Shown: positions 47,001-64,000 of the stretch, piece by piece
Numbering within the stretch: position 1 is the stretch's first letter
Layout of the letters: each line of letters starts with the position of its first letter
Assembly: GCA_963693365.1 (NCBI GenBank)
Contig: CAVNZM010000008.1
Span: 5,774,613-5,838,612, forward strand
Direction: 5' to 3'
DNA from: Amoebidium appalachense
Lineage: Eukaryota > Protista > Ichthyosporea
Length of the DNA stretch: 64,000 nucleotides
Translations under genes and position numbers: made by a program
Notes under the pieces: generated by a model
Databases searched by the model: none
Seen by the model: only the letters and a program-made list of their open reading frames with translations
Told to the model about the DNA's origin: nothing

Positions 47001-49904
47001 TTCGGTGTATCCTGTTGATGGACGTAGCAGGGAGAGCCCCAGACACGGAGCCGGCTGTAGTCGGGAGGAATGCCGGTCCACAGCAGGGCGGGAGACGATT
47101 GGCTGCCGGTGGCTCGCGACGGGAGCATGTTGCGTATAAAAGCCGCGGTCACAGCTGCCTCGGCCCAGAATCCCACCGGAAGGCCGGACTGCTGCAGGAG
47201 TGCCCGAACCATGTCGAGGAGGGTCCGGTTCAGTCGTTCGGCAGTCCCATTCTGTTGAGGAGAGCCGGTGGTAGTGATCTGATGGCGAATGCCATGCTCA
47301 CGGTTGTAGTCCCCGAAGGCCGTGCCCATGTACTCGCCCCCCGTCGGACTGAAACACCTGCATGGGAACACCGTGTTGGGTAACCGCCGCCTTGTGGTAC
47401 GTCACATATGCAGCCAGTGTGTCCGACTTCTTGACGAGGGGCACGGCCGTGGTGTGGCCGGTGAATTCGTCGTGGAACGTCGCCAAGTACTGAGCACCAC
47501 CGATCGCGGGAGGGAAGGGGCCGCTGATGTCGCTGTGAACCTTGGCTAGGACCCGGGGAGCTTGGCTAGTTGATTCGGAGAAGGCAACACGGTGGGCTTT
47601 GCCGAGGGCACAGGGCTCACACACACCCGGAGACTTGGCACCGCCACCCACCAACAGGCCTGCAGACTTGATGACCGAGCGTACAGCGTCAATGCCAGCA
47701 TGGCCCAGACGGTAGTGCCACGTGTTGAGGTCGGCAGTAACCTTGAGGATACGCGGAGCAGTGGTGGTTTGGGCGTCCGGGGTTGTGTCCGCGCGCAGAA
47801 GAGACACCGCCATGTGGTACAGCTTGGTGCCGACAGCCGAGCCGGTGGCCAGAATTTGATCGCCGTAGCACAACTTAACGCCGCCGCGGGTGTCAAAGCG
47901 GGGTAAAACACCGTTGGTAGTTGCCGTGAACACACTGATGAGAGTGTCGGGGATGGAGGGCACGTAGAGTACATCCGTCAGCTGATGCACCGCAGTAACG
48001 CCGTCGATGGTGCTGGAAAAGAACACGTCGCCCACCCCAAGCACTGCACATGCACCCTTGTCGGCTACTTGGACCGTGGAGTAAGGCGCCGCACGCATGT
48101 TGATGAACACATCAGGCCGGGGGCACACATGGTCAGTGGCTCCAGAGTCGAGGAGCACCTTGTTGGTGCCACAGTCGTTGCTAGACATGAGGAAAGCCCG
48201 GGGAGCGGCAGCCCCCCCCTTGCACTGTGCCGTAGTGTGGGTAGTAGAGGCAGGGTGGTTGATGCAGGACCCAGGCGGGAGGGGACCACCCTTAGGTTTG
48301 CGGCCGTTGGCACGGTTGCCCCCCTTGCACATGGCGGTAGTGTGACTGGTAGACAGTGGGTGGTTGACGCAGGAACCCTTGGGGTAGGTGCTGGCACGGT
48401 TGTTGCCAGAGTTGCTGTGTTGGCCGTTGCCGTTGGGGCACTGAGACTTGATGTGGCCTGGTTTGCCGCAGCCGTGGCAGATGACAGGTTGAGGAGCCCG
48501 TGTGGTGAAGGCGGCCGGCCCGGAGCTGGTAGTCACACGTGCACGTGGGTGGCTGGTCTCATATGCCCGTAGCTGTTGGAGGAGGCCCATCACGGTAGGC
48601 TTGGGTGTCATCTTGTAGGCAATTACAGGCATTTCGTAGTAAGGCACCTTGCCGAGGTCGTTGGTGAGCTTGGTCAGCACTTGAGCATCACCAATTTGTG
48701 TGCCGTAATCGGCCAGGCGCCGCACGTAGCCGCGGAGTTTCATGGCGTATTTCGCCGCGGTGTCCGTAGGTTCAGGCGTAGAATTCATGTACAGCCCGAT
48801 AAGGTCGTACTGATTGGCCTCAGATTGCTCCAGGTAGTGGGCAGATAGGGCCGACCATATCTCCGCAGGTGTGGTGGTGCGTGTTAACCCTAGGATACAA
48901 CGCACGTCAACCGAGAGTGCTTGCCACAGGTAGGAACGGGCAGTGTCGACCTGTTCACGGGTAGCCGGGTGCTCCGTACTGGGCGCGATGGTGTGGAGAA
49001 GACCAGCACCAGAAAGCTGGACATACATGGTTTCGGCCCATGTGTGGTAGTCCGTGCCTGAATCATTATCAATGCCAGTGAAGAGAGGGATGTCGACCTT
49101 GAACTTGATGGAATCATTACGTGAGGGGCCCATAACCCTGTTGGACATTGTGTTCATAGAAGCTAGTTCTAGTGCACGTTGTTCCTTCTGTAAGTCAGAA
49201 ATGATTGCATCTTGTGAGGCCAACCTCTGCTCCAGTAGTTGGACTAGTTGCTGCAACTGTAAGTTGTCAGACATAGTGTCGTGTATGATGGGTAACTAGT
49301 CTATGTGTTTTGTGCACTGGAAACGACAGTAGAAAAGTGTAAATCAAACGTTCTGCTTCCCATGTTTGTGACATGGGAGGCACTGCTTTATATAGTCGTT
49401 GGCCACCTCATGGTGGCCTCGTGTGCACCCTGGTGGTGGGCCATGTACAGCATGGCCGAAAAGAGAGCACAATGAAAACAAGTCGTTAAAGATATAAAAG
49501 TTAACTGTGCACGTTGAGTGGCTAGTTAACTTGCACTAAAGCACACAAATAAACGTGTTTAACACACCAATTGCAGTTAAACGTAAATCTTGCTTCACAC
49601 AACTAAAAATATTCTGAGAATATCCGGGAATAAAGCACACTACCACTCTAAGAATAGAATCCTGTGGCAAATATAGACATGACATCATCTGAACCGGGAA
49701 TAGCCGAAAAGAGAGCACAATTAGCACGTTGCTAGTGAAGCTCGTCATTGGTACAGTTTTGGCTCAAACATATAACTACCATATATGAATATGACCGTAA
49801 ACAAAAGCTCTATGCACTCGAGTGAGTGTTGAAACAGTTATTCAATTGCTCAGAAACTTTCTCTAACAGACATTGCTAGCCGGGAGTACCAGTGTACTCC
49901 AACA
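44024..49904 (-). mobile_element. Full-length Ty1/Copia LTR retrotransposon (Copia-A)
   Basis: 766-bp LTRs at 44024-44789 and 49139-49904 (TG..CA), TSD GTTGT, half-tRNAiMet-type PBS GGTTATGGGCCC and PPT GAGTAGGGG. Confidence 0.97.
44975..49274 (-). CDS. Copia-A gag-pol (one frameshift in a G6 run at ~47340)
   Basis: CCHC knuckle, protease LLDSGAT, WHYRLGH..CEPC, integrase HSDI/SDGG/NGTAER, RT LYGLKQAPRQW/YVDD and RNase H YSDSD/KHID/KADMFTK. Confidence 0.95.
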
Positions 49905-50232
49905 GTTGTCACAAATGGTCTGTATGAAAATTCTACGTGTTGGATTATGTACATGGGCTTTATCGATTTCCCATCAAGACCAGCATTAGAAAACTTGAGC
50001 CCCTCTTCGATTGTGCTTTCATCTGGGTGTGTACGTGGCATACGTTATTTTTTAGGGGGGGGCCCTGGGGTTGGGGGGGTGGGGGGGTGGGTGGTTGCGT
50101 GGTTTTTGAAAGAGGGGGGGGGGGGGTTTTTTTTTGTTGTGGAGGAAGTGGGAAAATTTTAAAAAAAAAAAAAATTTGGGGCTCTGCTCCAGTGGAGCGA
50201 GACGATAAAGGAAAAGGGGGGGGGGGGGGGAA

Positions 50233-50325
<93 letters not shown>

Positions 50326-51169
50326 AATCGCAGCTCCAGCCCAGGGCCAAGACAGGAGGGTTTAGGGGGGGGGGGGGGGGGGGGGGGAGGGGGTCGGGTC
50401 CCGCCGCCCCTTTGTCTGTTGTGGGTGTCTTGGGCTGGTTCCCTTCCTGTGACTGGTCTCTCAAAGCTATTAGTTTGTTAGATACGGCACTTTTGCCGAT
50501 GGGGGACTGACAGACTAACTTATCCCCACTGGACTGAGTTCCGGGAGCAGCTACTAACCCGGGCCCGGGCTGCACGTGATGCAGCTCTGGCCCGTACACA
50601 GCAGGCACAGACACGTGCAGACGTGTCCCTCGGGGGGGGGGGGGTGGGGGTCTGTGTTGCGGGGGGCGGGGGGGCGGCCGCGTCCGCCGGGGGGGGGACC
50701 TAGGGGCGGCGGGTCCCGCGCTCCGTCTCCGTTTGACTAGGGCCGCGCCGGGTTCGGGGGGCGGCGGGGGGCTGCACCCAGGAATGCGATCGAGGCACAC
50801 ATCCTTGATGCTTGAACTGACACGTGCCAGTCGGCAACGATTAGTGCAGGTGAATGTGCGTGACCAAGAGCAAGCACGCAAGGAGTCTAAGTTTCGCGCA
50901 CGCTACCGTAGTCAAACTGCGTGCGCCGCTCTGTCAACTTTGTCATTGCAACAGAGGTTGTAACATAGAGTCATTATCGTTTCCTTTGTCATAAGTCCAC
51001 TCCTGTTGTTCTCGAAGTTCATATCGTTTGTCCCCTCCCCCCCCCCCCCCGCCCCCCCCCCCCTGCCGCGACAAGGGGAAGTGGTGGTAAACACCACAGA
51101 CACACAAAACAAACACACGACGAGGGTTGCTTAAGGCGGGGGGGGGGGGGGGGGGGGGGGGAAGGGGAC

Positions 51170-52020
51170 CTACGAAGGAAACGGAGCCGGGTGGGACAAG
51201 GATAGACCGGGAGGAGGGGGGTGAGGAGGTCGCCTTGGTGAGGCCGTGGTTTCGTGTAGATGGTCTCGGTGAGTGGGCTGTTGAGAAAGGCCGTAGACGC
51301 GTCGAGTTGGTTGTGGGCCTTCATCTTGGTGGCTTGAGGCTTGGTTCTTCGGCCAGTCCCGGACTTTGTAGTTGGTCGATGTTGATGGGGGGACCGGGGG
51401 GACTGGGAGGGTGGTGGTGGCTTGAAGTCCAACCTGGCCCTGTAGACGGGCAGAACGACGGGGTGCAGGAACCGGGGGGGCGGAGACGGGGGGGGGGAAC
51501 TTGGAAGTTCGGAAGTGCAGGGGGGCAACCTCCGGGCTGGACGGGGCCGAGTGGAAGTTGTCGGGGGACCCGGGTCGGATGGGTGTGACGTTGCCAGGGG
51601 CAGGATGGGGGTCGGCAGGCTGGACGGGCACGGGGGCAGGGGGCCCGGTGGGGGGGGGGGTCGGGGGAACGACGATGGCAGGAGGGGGGCCAGAGTACAC
51701 CAGACAAACATCATCTTCAGTGTCAACTGTGGGGGGTGGGGTGGTCGAGGTAGCAGTGGTGTCGGGGGTCGGAAGTGTTGATGGAATGTCGGACGGGAGA
51801 TAAGCTGATTCGTGGAAAATCACATCACACGGAAGAGGCCGACACGATGGGTGGTGGGATTGAAGATCCGGTGGCAGTGTGATTGAAGATCATAGCCTAT
51901 ATACATGCCGAGTTTGACGGTGGGGGCCAGCTTGTTCCGTTTAGAGGCTGGCACGTGAGTGTAGGCAGGGCAACCGAACACTTTGAGCTCGGAGATGTCG
52001 GGCTTGACACTTGACACCGT
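51170..52020 (-). pseudogene. Copia pol relic related to Copia-B
   Basis: KPDISELKVFGCPAYTHVPASKRNKLAPTVKLG, TPIRPGSPDNFHSAPSSP and QLDASTAFLNSPLTETIY all match Copia-B pol. Confidence 0.88.
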
Positions 52021-52118
52021 GTCCGTACAGATACCGTCCGCCAATAAGAACCACCCCAAAATTGCGCGGGGCAGGTTCTTAAGTTTTTGGGGGGCTGCCA
52101 TCATGGTTCTTAATGGCG

Positions 52119-52153
<35 letters not shown>

Positions 52154-52403
52154 GCCAGCCGGCATACAGCCGGGCTCCGGGGGGGGGGGGGGGGGGGGGG
52201 GGGGCAAGCATAAGGTAACATATGGGGGGGGGGGGGGGGCTAGCATAAGGTAACATATGGGGGGGGGGGGGGGGGGGGGGGGGCATGCACACATAACTTA
52301 ACAAATTTAGAGTTGCACAACTAATGTAACGGGAACTTTGATGTCCTCCAGTCTGTTTTTTGGGAAGTTGGGGTTGGGGTTTGGGAGGAGAGGGGGGGAG
52401 GGG

Positions 52404-52440
<37 letters not shown>

Positions 52441-52769
52441 GGGGGGGGGGGGGGATTACATATTGCCACAACGGGGCCATGGAAGATGCACACACTGAGT
52501 GGCAACGCTGCATATCATTATCTCAGACGGTCACCACATCAATCATTTCTATGCACATGTGAACACCTAACAAACAGCCATTATTGAATCATGACGGATG
52601 CCTACACAAGAACTGTTGTCCCAAAAAAAGGGCCCAAAGAGGGAGAAAAAAAAAAAAAAGAAAAAAAAAAAAAAAAAAAAAACAAACAGTTTTTTTTAAA
52701 AAAAAAAACACTCTAAAATAAAAAAAAAAACCACTCTAAAATAAAAATAAAAAGGGAGGGGGGGGGGGG

Positions 52770-52840
<71 letters not shown>

Positions 52841-52924
52841 GGGGGGGGAGAGGGAGAGAATGAAAAAAAAGGAGAAAGAGAGAGAGACCAGAGAGAGCAT
52901 TGTCGTTCATCTGTGGGTGGTTAC

Positions 52925-60143
<7,219 letters not shown>

Positions 60144-60144
60144 G

Positions 60145-64000
<3,856 letters not shown>

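Overview
Repeat-dense eukaryotic DNA with spliceosomal GT-AG introns and very abundant poly-G/C, (CA)n and (CT)n tracts. Most ORFs in the track are microsatellite artefacts. The window is a transposon cluster. It holds two nearly intact Ty1/Copia elements with 5-bp TSDs, a Copia relic, a Gypsy gag-protease fragment, a LINE fragment between ~720-bp inverted arms, a spliced Plavaka-type transposase with two derivative copies, a spliced pogo/CENP-B-type transposase, a piggyBac-like relic, a TA-flanked TIR element with a cargo ORF, and two non-coding miniature LTR elements (TRIMs). Host-like genes are a membrane-anchored GH19 chitinase-like gene and a Mug135-like ORF. The most striking object is a 659-bp TRIM (38973-39631). 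Each of its 289-bp LTRs carries a complete tRNA-like cloverleaf with A/B boxes and a T5 terminator, plus an upstream leader able to sequester the tRNA 5' strand. It looks like a tRNA-based analogue of the 5S-bearing Cassandra elements. Family assignments come from motif recognition by eye, not from database searches.
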